Origin: Carcharhinus longimanus
Lineage: Eukaryota
DNA length: 64,000 bases
NCBI GenBank assembly: GCA_030264375.1
Contig: JASCQW010000061.1
Span: 32,036,017 to 32,100,016, forward strand
Direction of reading: 5' to 3'
Below are positions 26,725 to 39,282 of the stretch, in pieces. Below the pieces are notes generated by a model. That model was given only the letters and a program-made list of their open reading frames with translations. It was not told where the DNA came from and did no database searches. The position numbers and the translations under genes were made by a program. Each line of letters begins with the position of its first letter. Within the stretch, counting starts at the first letter, position 1.

Positions 26725-27024
26725 TACTGAAATCTACAAACCACATTACAGAGGCTGAATTGGATGTTTTTAGATGTCTCTGTTACGGCTGCTTTACCCA
26801 TGTTTACACAGTTCTCCTATGTTGTGTTCTGGGTGGCATAGCAACAGGGTACAGCAGAAGGCTGCTGACTCCATCTCTGTTTTGAGAACACAGAAATAGT
26901 TGGAAGATTTAATGGATGCTCCCGAGGGTAATCTCGGAGCCTTGCCCTGCTAGCCCCATACATTCTCCTCCAACCTTGGGTCCAGCAGGTTCATTCTCTG
27001 TTTCTGTTTGGAAGGAAGTGAGTT

Positions 27025-27380
27025 TTAAGAACTTAGAACAAAAAACAGCCCGGGAAACAGGCCCTTCGGCCCAACGAGCCCGCGCCGCCATCTCTTCACC
27101 AGTCTCCCTCTCCACCCACGACCCTTGTCTAATGTTTTATGGCCATCCAGATTNNNNNNNNNNNNNNNNNNNNNNNNNNNNNNNNNNNNNNNNNNNNNNN
27201 NNNNNNNNNNNNNNNNNNNNNNNNNNNNNNNNNNNNNNNNNNNNNNNNNNNNNTGGATGCAGTACTCTAAATGCGGCCTAACCAACGTTCTGTACAACTG
27301 CAACATTAGACTCCAGCTCTTATATTCTATGCCCCTTCCTATAAAGGCTAACATACCATAGGCTTTCTTCACCACACTCT
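27025..27380 (-). mobile_element. Young CR1 LINE 3' portion (gap inside)
   Basis: KKAYGMLAFIGRGIEYKS...LYRTLVRPHLEYC; tail ggcggcgcgggctcgttgggccgaagggcctg. Confidence 0.9.
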
Positions 27381-27959
27381 CATTTATTTATTCTCATTGC
27401 TGGCATGGCTAACATTTACTGCCCATCTGAAGTTGCTGTGTGAAAGTGGTGGTGGGCTGAGTCGAAGTGTCATACAATGAGTAGCTCCCTAGGCCATCTC
27501 AGAGCAGTAAGAGTAAATCTTGGGACTAGAGTCACGTACAGGCAGACTGGGTAAGGATGACAAGTTTCTTTCCCTAAAAGATGTCAGTGAACCACTTAGG
27601 TTTTTCCAACAACCTGAGAGCTTTGTCATCACTTTTACAGATATCAGCTTTTCTTCCTCTCAAATTGAATGTAAATTCTCGAACTAGAGTCGTGGAATTT
27701 AAATTTAGTGGATTATTAGCCCCCATATTAAGTTTTCTAGACCAGCAGTTGAGTTTACAATGAAATTGGCCATTACCTTATTGAACAGTGGAGCAGGCTC
27801 GAAGGGCCGAGTGGCCTGCTCTTATTCCTGGTTTGTATGTAGTAATATCACCACTACACTGTTAACATTGAAGAGCTGCTGTATGACTAACTCTGTTAGT
27901 TGGGCTCGCCATTCTCTGATACTTGGTCAGGTGACCATTCTCTTATCTCCAAGCCTGTA

Positions 27960-28190
27960 CAGTGAAGTTGGGAGGGCCATTAAACCCTGATCCTGGTATT
28001 GTCTAACTTCCACACATTAACACTTTCCAGCAGGAATCATTGGAGGACAGAAAGCTTGGGAGATTATTACACCCTCAGCCAGAGACGTTGAGGCCTGATG
28101 TAGCTGACCGGGATGAAATCTAGGATATGCCTGTTCTGTGTGACCCAGTATCATAAACAGCAATGTGTTTAATCACATGTCAGTGGTTAG
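27960..28190 (-). mobile_element. LF-SINE-like ancient SINE remnant
   Basis: cactttccagcagg..tcattgga...gaccgggatgaaatctagga...ctgtgtgacccagta resembles antisense LF-SINE as I recall it. Confidence 0.4.
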
Positions 28191-28805
28191 TGCACAAGGA
28201 ACAGTGAAACAGAGAGCTCTAGAGACAGGAAAAAGAATCCCTGAAGCTATACAACATGTAGGACGCAGTTTATTGACTGAAATTTCCTTGGCGGAAAGGG
28301 TCACCTGATTGACCACTATAATTTTGGATATTTATTCATTGTGGTGGAGCTAAAACAGTCAAAAGGTAGATCACTCTGGGCTCAGATAAAAATTCCTGAA
28401 GCTCAGGATCTTGGCATAAATGTTAGATTTGGCGTAAAGAACATGGAAAGCCTTGAGGAATGGTGAAAGGAGGGGAGCATAGGAGGGAGTATGTTTTGTA
28501 TGTAGTTTGAATATTCACTTACCAGAAGGAGAATGCTTATGTTTGCACATTTTCTCTTCCCATCCAGGACAACACATCTACTCTCCATTCATCTCAACTT
28601 ATGCTACAAGCAGGAAAATTGTGTATGTTTATACTGAAGGAAAGAAGGTTCAAATCTTAACAAGATGTACAAAACTCAGGGCTAGAGTTAAACTGATTCC
28701 TAATTCCTCAATCATCAAAGGGAGCACAAACTCCAACATGTGAACATCAGAAATTGGAGCTAGAGTAATCCATTCAGCCCCTTGAGTCTGCTTCATCATA
28801 TTTGT

Positions 28806-29123
28806 TGGGTGGCATGGGGAACAGTGGTTACCATTGCTGCCTCTCAGCTCCAGAGACCTGGGTTTGATTCCCCGCTTGGGTCACTGTCTGTGTGGAGTTT
28901 GCACATTCTCCCTGAGTCTGCGGTTTTCTCCCATTGCCCAAAGATCTGCAGGTTAGATTGATTGGCAATGCTAAATTACCCCTTAGTGTTCCAGGATGCA
29001 TAGGTTAGAGGGATTAGTGGGGCAAATATGTGGAGTTGTGGGGATAGGGCCTGGGTGGGATTATTGTCGGTGCAGACTCGATGGGGAAAATGGCTTCCTT
29101 CTGGTCTGTAGAGATTCCATGAT
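28806..29123 (+). mobile_element. V-SINE (CR1 tail) inserted in an antisense CR1 3' fragment (~28740-29355)
   Basis: SINE head, core and tail present; flanks read as a CR1 tail on the minus strand. Confidence 0.85.
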
Positions 29124-32100
29124 TTCAATAAGATCATGACTAATCTAATCGTGGCCTTAACTCCTACCCTCATAATCTTTGACTCCCTTGTCAATCAAAT
29201 CTGTCTACCTTGATTCTGAATATATTCAATGAACCAACCTCCACTACTTACCTCGGAGGAGAAGTACACACACTCATGACCCTCTGAGAGAAGAAATTTG
29301 TCATCACCTCAGTCTTAAATGGTTATTTTGAAAATGTGCCCCCTTGTCCTGGATCACAAACAAAAAAGAAAATACAGTTTGGACTTGAAACAGAGGGTGG
29401 TGAATGCAAAGAAGTGGCAGAGGTGGATAGTGTTAGCAACTTCAACAGGGAACTGGGTGGGTATTTGGCAGAGAAAGTGAATGAGGGGGAATGAGAGCAG
29501 TATATCATGTATTTCAAACTTTGAGGATGTCTCCACTGGTATCAAGGTAGGACTTATGCCAGGAACAGACATACCAGCACATGGAATAAATCTCCAGGTA
29601 ATGTCAGAGGACACTTTGACAAGGAGTACTTTAATATTTCTCTGGCCTTCCTTCATAGAATCATAGAATTTCATGACACACAAGATGGCTATTCAGCCCA
29701 TTGTTTCCCATGCTGACTCTTTGAAAGACCTGTTCTGCCACCCCAGTCTACCTAAAGCCCTTTATACATCTTTTTCTTTAGTTACATATGCAATTCCTTA
29801 TCTGACTCTTTTATGATCTGGTCCCATTCATTTCTATCTTAAAAAGGAGTTTGTGTGAAACCTGAAGCATTTCACTAAAGTGGGACATTTTCCTACCAAT
29901 CAGAAGGACAAGGGTAGCAGACACATGGAAACACCACCACCTACAAGTGAACCAGTTAGACTTTTGTTGAAGGCTGGTGTACAAATCACTGGATTTATTA
30001 AATTCTACAGTGCGACCAGAGCTCACAACCTCTCGGAACAAGACTGTGCTATAGCACTGCTCCTGACTATGGCCAACACTTTAAACAGCTCAAAATAGGT
30101 TTAATAATAGACTTCAATCACGTTTCCAATCCCCATCCGTACCTTTTCTCCACTGAGAAAAAGGTCTATTGTAGGTATCTGCTCTGAGTGCAGTGTTAAA
30201 TGCAACCATAACCAAGAATCCTATGGAACAAAATGTGTGGATATTATATTAAAACACACCAATTTAACAAACTACCGGAACTGGAATATCTTAAAGTTTT
30301 CTCCTCCTCTGAAAGCATTAAAATAAATGTGCTTATATCCCAGACCATTAATTGAGCCCAGGACTGATAAACTTGGCTCTTAAACCTTTAACTTCAGAAA
30401 AATATCAAATGGCAAAGGGCAGTTAGGCATCTTGCCCAAGATGATCTGATCTTCCAGTTTCAAATGAAAAGAAATGTTGATTCTACTTCTAGGACCCAGG
30501 CCAAAATTCAATGTGGGACACGTCCACCAGCCCCCAACTGAATACTCTCTGCTCCAACCCCCTTCCTGTGCGGTCGTTGGTGATCCCCACTGAGTGCTCA
30601 GTTGTTTGTATTATACCGGCAGCCTATATTTCTCTCAACCACAACCATCCCAGAGCTTCCAATATGCCCTCCTACTTGACCGAGGAGTGGTTTGTCCTGA
30701 CACTCTATGGGTGAAATGGGAAAGTGTGGTGTTTCCCGGTGTTAACCTTGATGAGCACAAAATGCACCAACCTAGAGCAAGAGTGAAAGAAAACCTTGTT
30801 TATATGAAAGGAACAGCTCATTCCGTTCAGGAATTGAAATGACTTGGGGCAGAAAATGTACTGAAGTAATGTGTGATGTTACTGTTTGTTTTTTTTTAAT
30901 TCATGCTTGGGATATGAATGTCACGAGCAAGGCCAGCATTGATTGTTGCCCATCTCAAGCAACTTGCTTGGCTGTTTTAGAGGACAGTTAAGAATTGACC
31001 ACATTGCTTTGGCTCTGGATTCACACATAGGCCAGACTGGATAATGAGTGTAGATTTCTCCCCCTAAAGGCAATCCAGATGGGATTTTTTTTGGTAATTT
31101 TGTAATCACTGTTCCTGAGCCTAGAATTTTATTCTGGATTTATCAATTAAACCATTGTGCTACTATAGCCTGCCAGCCCCTTCCCCCCAACCCAGAGGCA
31201 TAGACACAAACTTACAGAAAGAAAATCAGGTTGTTGGATTGTTGGAACCAGGATTCACCGATTTTATCCACATGCAAAGGAACCAATGATGACCTCTAGT
31301 CACTGCTGAATTGAAACTTCTGCCTCTGGATTTTACTGACCCTGTAAACATAAATAGATACTTAAAATTGGCAGGAAAGAACTCGGGTGGGGAAAAGTAC
31401 CTTTACCACAGGCGTTCAGTGGTAGGGGTGTGTGCCAGTACTGATTAAACATTAACAAAATATAAATAAATACATCTTCCTTTAAGTGCCAAAGTACATA
31501 AACCTATTTCTTAATTCCTGATATTCATCCTGTACATTGATCCTAACCTGTGCACATTTTTGCTTCTCACTCTGTCCTCACTTTTTTTTCAAAGGAAGAG
31601 TTATTGGTTAGGGCCAGGCCCAATGTCTAACTCTCTTGAATTTGATTTATCTCCACTGGTTACAGAACTCTCATTGGCCTGCTACTTACAATTTTACAGG
31701 ACTTTAAACCCAAGTGGCTTCACTTAAGCACAATGTGACTTGGTTTGTTCTTTAGATTTTCTGACAAATGAACAGGCAAGAAAAGACCAACTGACCTATT
31801 AAGCCTGCTCCACATTCTTGCCTAGATGCATTACAAGGCGCTATCTAAACTCCCTCACCCCAGCCATATAATCTCATGGGAGAGGCAAAGAACAGAACCA
31901 TTAAGTTGGGGACGGTAAGTGATGGAGAAAAACCTTTGGAAAACTCCCCCCGCCACCCTCGTGTAATGAAAAGCAATCCAGAAGATCACATTGTTGACTG
32001 TTAATCCATTCATCATCTTCTGCGATGAACCAGACCATCTCTCTCCTGAAGGCATGCATAAAATCAGCAGAAATTATAGCAACTATCAACTCGTTCCAGA

Positions 32101-32165
32101 GGCTCACGATTTTCTAGGAAAAGATTAGCTGCCTAACATTGAGCCTATTCATAATTTTGATTAGT

Positions 32166-32900
32166 TGGGGGAGACGGTGGCATGGTGGTAATGTCACAGG
32201 ACTAGTAATATAGTGGGCCCAAGCTGCTGCTCTGATAGAATTTAAATTCTACCATAGCAGCTGGTAGAATTTAATTTCAATTAATAAAAATTTTGGAATT
32301 AAAAATTGGTCTAATAATCACCTCAAAACTATTGTAAAAACCGATCTGGATCACCAGTGCACTTTAGGGAAAGAAATCTGCCATCCTTACCTGGTCTGGC
32401 CTACATGTGACTCCAGCCTGACAGCAATATGGTTGACTCTTAAATGCCTTCTGATAGCGCCCAGCAAGTCACTCATATATATTAAACCATTGCATTGTCT
32501 AAATGAATGAAACTGGATGAACCACACACATCAGTCAAGACACCAGAAATGATACTAGCCAACCCAACCCATTTTATTTATTCATTCATGGGATGTGGGC
32601 ATCACTGGCTGGCCAGCATTTATTGCCCATCCTTAGTCACCAGAGGGCAGTTGAGAGTCAACCACATTGCTATGCCTCTGGAGTCAATGTAGGACAGCAG
32701 ATTTCCCTCCCTAAAGGACATTAGTGAACTAGATGGGTTTTTCTGACAATTGACAATGGTTTCATGGTCATCAGTAGATTCTTAATTCCAGATATTTTAT
32801 ACTGAATTCCAATTCCACCATACGCCATGGTGGGATTCGAACCCGGATCCTTCGAATATTAGCTGAGTTTCTGGATTAATAGTCTAGCGATAATATCAGT
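32166..32900. mobile_element. Two SINEs of the LINE-tail family in opposite orientation (32166-32475 +, 32572-32900 -)
   Basis: ggaaagaaatctgccatccttacctggtctggcctacatgtgactccag; tttatttattcattcatgggatgtgggc...gggattcgaaccc. Confidence 0.7.
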
Positions 32901-35143
32901 AGCCCTGTTGACACTGCAAAGTCCTCCTTATTAACATCTTGGGGCTTGTGTCGAAATTGGGAGAGCTATCTCACAGACTAGTCATGCCAGTGCAGTCATA
33001 CTTACAGAATCATATCTAACAGATGATATCCCAGACACCCACCTCACCATCCCTGGGTATATCCTGTCCCACCAACAGGCCAGACCCAATACTGATAGGA
33101 GTGACCACTGTGCAGTTCTTGTGGAGTCAAGTCCCATCGTCATTGTGAGGATACACTCCATTGTGTAGGATTACCCCTGATTTCTAACAAACTTAGGAAT
33201 TCAAGACTGGGCATCCATGAGGCACCGTGGGCCATCAACAGTGGTAGAATTGTACTCAACTGCAATCTCTAATCTCATGGACCGGTATATTCCTCTCTCA
33301 CTCTACTATTACCATCAAGTCTGGTGATCAAACTGATTCAATGAAGGGTGCAGTAGGACATGCCAGGAGCAGCACCAGCCATAGCTAAAAATGAGGTGTC
33401 AACCTAGTGAAGCAACAATACAGGACTTCTTCCAGGCCCAACAGCAAGCGGAAGCGGCATGTGATTAACAGAGCAATGGTCAGATTAATTCTGCCATCAG
33501 CCACATCCAGTTGTGAATCGTGTGGACAATTAAACAACTCACTGGAGGAGGTGGCTCCACATATATCTCTGCCCTCAATGATGGTAGAACCCAGCACATC
33601 AGTTGAAAAGATAAAGCTGAAGTATTTCCAGCCATCTTCAGCCAGAAGAGCTGATTGGATGATCCATCTCAGCCTTCTCTTGAGGTGCGTAGCATCATGG
33701 TGGCACAGTGGTAGTGTGGCATGGTGGCGCATGCTTAGCACTGCTGTCTCACAGCACCAGGTTCAATTTTGAACTTGGGTCACTGTCTGTTTTGAGTTTG
33801 CATGTTCTCCCCATGTCTGCATGGGTTTCCTCCAGATGTTCCAGTTTCCTCGCACTGTCCAAAGATGTGTGGATTAAATTGATTGGCCATGCTAAATTGA
33901 CCCTAGTGTCAGGGGATTAACAGTAAATGTGTGAGGTTACTGGAATAGGGTCGGTGTAAACACGGACAGAATAGTCTCCTTCTGCACTGTAGTGATTCTA
34001 TGATCACAGCTGCCAGTCTTCAGCCAATTTGGTTCATTCCATGCAATATCAATAAATGGCTGAAGACACTGGATACAGAAACATCTATGGCCCTGACACC
34101 TTTCCGGGTTTGGACTGAAGACTTGTGCTCCAGAACTAGCCAAACTCCTAGTCAAGCTATTCCAATACAACTATAACACTAACATCGACCCAGAAATGTA
34201 GAAAATTGCCCAGTGATGTCTGGTGCACAAGAAGTTATGAAAATCTAATGTGGCCAATTACTTGCCCATCAGTGTACCTTTGATTATTAGCGAAATAAAG
34301 TGCCACTGACAGTGCTACCAAACTTAGCGATAACCTGCTCACTGATCCTCAGTTTGGGTTCTGCCAGGGCCACTCAGATCCTGATTTCAATACAGCCTTG
34401 GTCCAAACAGAGTCAAAAGAGCTGAACTACAGAGTGATTACACTTGACATCAAGGCCACATTTAACAGAGTGCAGCAACAAAGAACACTAGCAAAAATGA
34501 AGCCAGTGGGAATCAAGAGGAAAACACTCCACTGTTTGGAGCCATACCTAGCACAAATGAAGATGGTTGTGGTGGTTTGAGGTCAATCATCTCAGTCATG
34601 GAACATCTCTGCAGGAGTTCCTCAAGGTATTGAATTGGCCCAAGCAACTTCAGCTGCTTCATCAATGACTTTCCCTCCATCATAAGATCAGAAGTGGGGT
34701 TGTATGCAGATGATTTAACAATATTCAGCACCAATCATGGCTCTTTGTATACTGAAATCTGTGTCCATATGCAGCAAGACTTGGACAATATTCAGGCTTG
34801 GGCTGTTAAGTAATAAGTAACATTTGCACTATACAATTGCTTAGCAATGACCATCTCCAACAAGATAGAATCTAACCATCTCCCCATGACATTCAAACAA
34901 AACATCACTGCTGAAGCCCCCACTATCAACATATTGGGGTTACCATTGACCAGAAACTGAACTGGATGAGCCATGTTAAATACTGTGACTACAAGAGCTG
35001 GATAGAGGCTAGGAATCCTGCAGCGGGTACTCTCCAAGCCTGTCCACCACCTACAAGGCACAATTCAGGAGTGTGAAGGAATACTCTCCATTTGCCTTAT
35101 GAGTGCATCTCCAACAACACTCAATAAGTTTGGCACCATCCAG
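32900..35143 (+). mobile_element. Old CR1/L2-clade LINE (same family as 10555-12450), 5' part
   Basis: APE-region remnants then RT remnants (tatgcagatgat = YADD); interrupted by a SINE at 33694 and a CR1 at 35144. Confidence 0.88.
33694..34003 (+). mobile_element. V-SINE nested in the LINE
   Basis: Head, core and tail present; host LINE reads agcatca|...|cagctgccagtctt across it. Confidence 0.85.
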
Positions 35144-38100
35144 GGCATTCTGAAGGGGGAGGGTGAACAGCCAGAAGTCATGGTACACATAGATACCTAT
35201 GACATGCGTATAAAAAGGGATGAGGTCCTACAATAGAAATTTGGGGAGTTACGTAGTAGATTAAGGAGCAAGACTTCTAAGGTTGTAATTTCTAGATTAC
35301 TTAAGATGCTATGCGTCACTGGGTATAGGAAGGGAACATAGGTCAAATGAATGCATGGGTAAAGGGTAGGAGGGAGAGGTCTAGATTTTTGGCACATTGG
35401 GACAGTTTATGGGGTAGGTGGGACCTGTAAGTTGGACATATTGCACCTGAACCGAACGGGTTGAATTGCTTGCTGTGAGGTTTGCTTGTGGTGTTAGGAG
35501 GTTTTAAACTAATTTGGTAGGGGAATGGGATGCAGAGTAGAAGTACAGTTGGGAGCAAGGTACAGTAGAACATAGAAGGAAAACTAGGTCAGTTCAGCAG
35601 GCAGATATGGGCATGATAAGGCACATGGAAGGATTGGAATGCTAAATTGCATTTATTTTAATGCAAGGAGCTTGTCTGGTAAGGCAGATGAAATTAAAGC
35701 GTTAATCAGCACAAGGTAATATATCGTTACAATCACTGAGACATGGTTGAAAGAAGGGCAGGACTGGTAACTCAACATTCCAGGATTTTAGGCATGATGG
35801 GCGGGGGGGATGTAAGAGAGGAGGGGGCATTGCATTATTGATAAAAGAGATCATTCTTGCAATAATGAAGGAGGATGTCNNNNNNNNNNNNNNNNNNNNN
35901 NNNNNNNNNNNNNNNNNNNNNNNNNNNNNNNNNNNNNNNNNNNNNNNNNNNNNNNNNNNNNNNNNNNNNNNNNNNNNNNGAAGTAAAAGAGGGGTGATCA
36001 CTTGGCTGTGATTATATTACAGGCCTCCCAACAGTTAGAGGGAGATAGAGAAGCAGATATGTAGACTAATCACAGAGATGTGAGAGGAATAGGATTATAG
36101 TTGTAGGGGATTTCCACATTGCCAATATTAGCTGGAATTGTCTTAGTGTGAAAAGATTAAATGAGGAATTTTGAAGTGCATCCAGGAGAGCTTTTTTTGT
36201 GCCAGTAGGTAGATAGTTCAACTAGGGATGAGGCAATTCTAGATCTAATCGTAGAGAATGAAACTAGGCAAGTGGTCAAAGAAAGTGTTGATGGGCGAGC
36301 ATTTTTGGGCTAGTGACCATAACTCTGTAAGTTTAGTGTCTGAATTGGAGGAAGGTCGATTTAATATTAGACAAGACCAGGCAAACGTAGACTGGGAGCA
36401 GCTATTTGCAGGTAAATCTACATTTGGAAATGGAAGTCTTTTAAAAGTGTAATAGTGAGAGTTCAGGGCCAATGTGTTCCTCTAAGAGCGAAGGAAAAGG
36501 ACGGCAAGTCCAGGGAACTCTGGATGTCAAGGGATAGTGAGGGTTCGATAATGAAAAAAAGGAAGCATATGGTAGGTACAGAGCACTAAAAGGAAGTCCC
36601 TTCAGGATATAGAGAGTATGGGAAGGAGGGTGGGGTTGGGGGGGTGGCTGTGGGATGGGTGGTTAAAAAATAAATTAGGAGAGCAAAGAGGGGCCATGAA
36701 ATATCATTGGCAGATAAGGTTAAGGAAAGCCCAAAGGCATTTTATTAATATATTAAGAGCAAGAGGATGACCAGTAAAGAGTGGGGCCCATTAGGGACCA
36801 AAGGGGCAATCTGTGTGGAGCCAGAGGATGTGGGCGAGCTCTTAAATTAATATTTTTTTAATCTGTTTTCACAAAGGAGAAAGATATTGCCACTGGAGAT
36901 TTCAGTTGGGACAGTGAAGTTCTAGAGCATGTTAAAATTAATAAGGAGGAGGTATTAGATATTTTAGCAGGCATAAAGGTTCATAAATCCCCATGGCCTG
37001 ATGAGGTGTATCTCATCACCTGTAACCAGGTTGCTATGGGAGGCAAGGGAAGAGATTGCAGGGGCCCTGATGGAGATATTTAAATCTTCGCTGGCTGCAG
37101 GTGGTGTCAGATGAGTGGAAGTTTGCTAATTTGTTACTTTTTATTCAAGAAGGGCAGCAGGGATAAGCCAAGTAATTAGCCAGGCCAGTTAATCTAATAT
37201 CATTGGTAGGAAAATTATTGAAAAAAATTCTGACGGACAGGATAGTCAGCATGGATTTTTTGGTGGGAGATCCTGCCTAACTGATTTAACTGATTTTTTT
37301 GACAAGGAAACTAAATGTATTGATGAGGGTAGTGCAGTTCATGTGATTAACATGGACTTCAGTAAGGCCTTTGACAAGGTCCCACATGGAAATCTGGTCC
37401 AAAAGATTAGAGCCCATGGGACCCAAGACAAGTTGGCAAATTGGATTCAAAATTGGCTTGTTAATAGGAAGCAAAGGGTAGAAGGCTGCTTTTGCGATTG
37501 AAAGCCTGTGACCAGCAGTGTACCCACAGGGATTGGTGTTGGGACCCTTGCTGTTTGTTATATACATTAATAAATTGGATGTAGAAAGTATAATTAATAA
37601 GTTTGCAGATGACATGAAAATTGGCAGTGTTGTTGATAGTGAAGACAAAGAAAAACAAAGTAATGCATAGGAACAGGCCCTTCGGCCCTTCAAGCTTGTG
37701 CTGATCATGATATTCTAACTAAATAAAAACCTCCTGCCCTTACTTGGCCTGTAAACCCCTATTTCTTCCTATTCTTGTATCCATCCAGATGCCTCCTAAA
37801 TGTTACTACTATGCCTGCTCTCACCACATCCTCTGGCAGTGCATTCTAGGCGCCTACCACTCTCTGTATGATAAACTTCCATCACATATCTCTCTGAAAC
37901 TTTCCCCCTCTCACCTTGAACCTATGCCCCCTTGTAATTGATACTTCCAGCTATGAGGAGAGACTATGTAGGCTGGGTTTGTTTTTTCTGGAAGAGGAGG
38001 CTGAGGAAGGATCTGATATAGGTATACTAACTTATGAGAGGTAAAGATAAGGTAGATTGTAAGAATTTTTGCCCCAGGCAGATGTGTCTAAGACCAGAGG

Positions 38101-38388
38101 TCTAATGTCTAAGAATACATAGGTTTAAGGTGAGGAGTAAGTGGTTTAGAAGGGATCTAGGGAAAACAAAATTACCGAGAGGGTGGTGGAAATGTGGAAC
38201 ATGCTGCCTTGAGAGGGTTCTAGAGGCAGGTACTCATGCAGTATTTAAGAAGAATCTGGATGAGCACTTAAATCATCAAGGAATAGTAGGCTATGGTCCA
38301 AGTGCAGGTAAATAGAATTAGGATAGGTCAGCATAGACATAGTGGATCAAAGAGCCTATTTCTGTGCTGTATGACTCTATGATTCTAT
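35144..38388 (+). mobile_element. CR1 LINE with ORF1 (esterase-like) end, ORF2 remnants and 3' tail, nested in the older LINE
   Basis: gaacagccagaagtcatggtacacatag (ORF1); tattttaatgcaaggag, atcactgagacatgg and agtgaccataac (APE motifs); atggacttcagtaaggcctttgacaaggtcccaca and tttgcagatgac (RT); (ctatgatt)n tail. Confidence 0.9.
37655..37945 (-). mobile_element. Antisense CR1 3' end nested in the CR1
   Basis: aacaggcccttcggcccttcaagc...cctctggcagtgcattc. Confidence 0.75.
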
Positions 38389-38808
38389 GACAGAGCAGCC
38401 CGCTTGATTCACACTCTATGTCCCACTTTAAACATTCACTCCCTCCACCACTGATGCACAGTGGTAGGAGTGTGTACCATCTACAAGATGCAGTAAAGCA
38501 ACTCCCAAGGCTCCTTTGATGGCATTTTACAAACCTGCAATCTCTACCATCTAGAAGGATAAAGGCAGCAGATGCATGAGGACACCACCATCTGGAGGTT
38601 CCCTTCCAAGTCACTCATTACCCTGATTTGGAACAAAATCGCTGCTGACATTAGGTCAAAATCCTGGAACTCCCTCTTAGTAGCACTGTGTGTATTCCCA
38701 CGGACTGCAGTGGTTCGAGAAGGCAGTACATCATCATCTTCTCAAGGGCAAATAGGGCTGGACAATAAATGCTGACAAGAAGCGACATCCTGTGAATGAA
38801 TTTAAAAA
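38389..38808 (+). mobile_element. 3' end of the old LINE interrupted at 35143
   Basis: gacagagcagcccgcttgatt...cagtggtaggagtgtgtaccatctacaagatgca...aataaatgctg. Confidence 0.85.
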
Positions 38809-39003
38809 TGCACCATTACTCGTTCTTTCCAATCTGCCAAACTCAAATAATCTATCAAAAGGCACATATTTCAGCCTTTCTTTACTCTACACTTTAAGAC
38901 TTGACCTTCAATAGATGTATCAATGGAAGAAATCTCTCTAATTAATCTGTGTTTCATTTCTCCTTGATGAGTATTCAGTTGCCTTCAAAATAAAGTTTAA
39001 AAA

Positions 39004-39282
39004 GTATTATTTATTAGTCACAAGTAGGCTTATATTAACACTGGAATTAAGACACTCTGAAAATCCCCTAGTTGCCACACTCCAGCACCTGTTCGGTTAC
39101 ACTGAGTGAGAATTTAACATGGCCAATGCACCTAACCAGCACGCCTTTTGGACTGTGGGAGGAAACCGGACCACCTGGAGGAAACCCAGGCAGACAGTGG
39201 GAGAACGTGCAAACTCCATACAGAAGTGACTGAAGCCAGGAATTGAACCCAGGTCCCTGGCGCTGTGAGGCAGCAATGCTGC
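39004..39282 (-). mobile_element. V-SINE, second tail type
   Basis: Reverse complement of the 10131 family. Confidence 0.88.

Larger units (their letters stand above)
21791..26745 (+). other. SNAP47: Probable long SNAP47 3' UTR
   Basis: ~5 kb AT-rich stretch nearly free of SINE/LINE insertions, directly after the stop codon and ending at an AATAAA. The extent is inferred, not shown. Confidence 0.55.
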
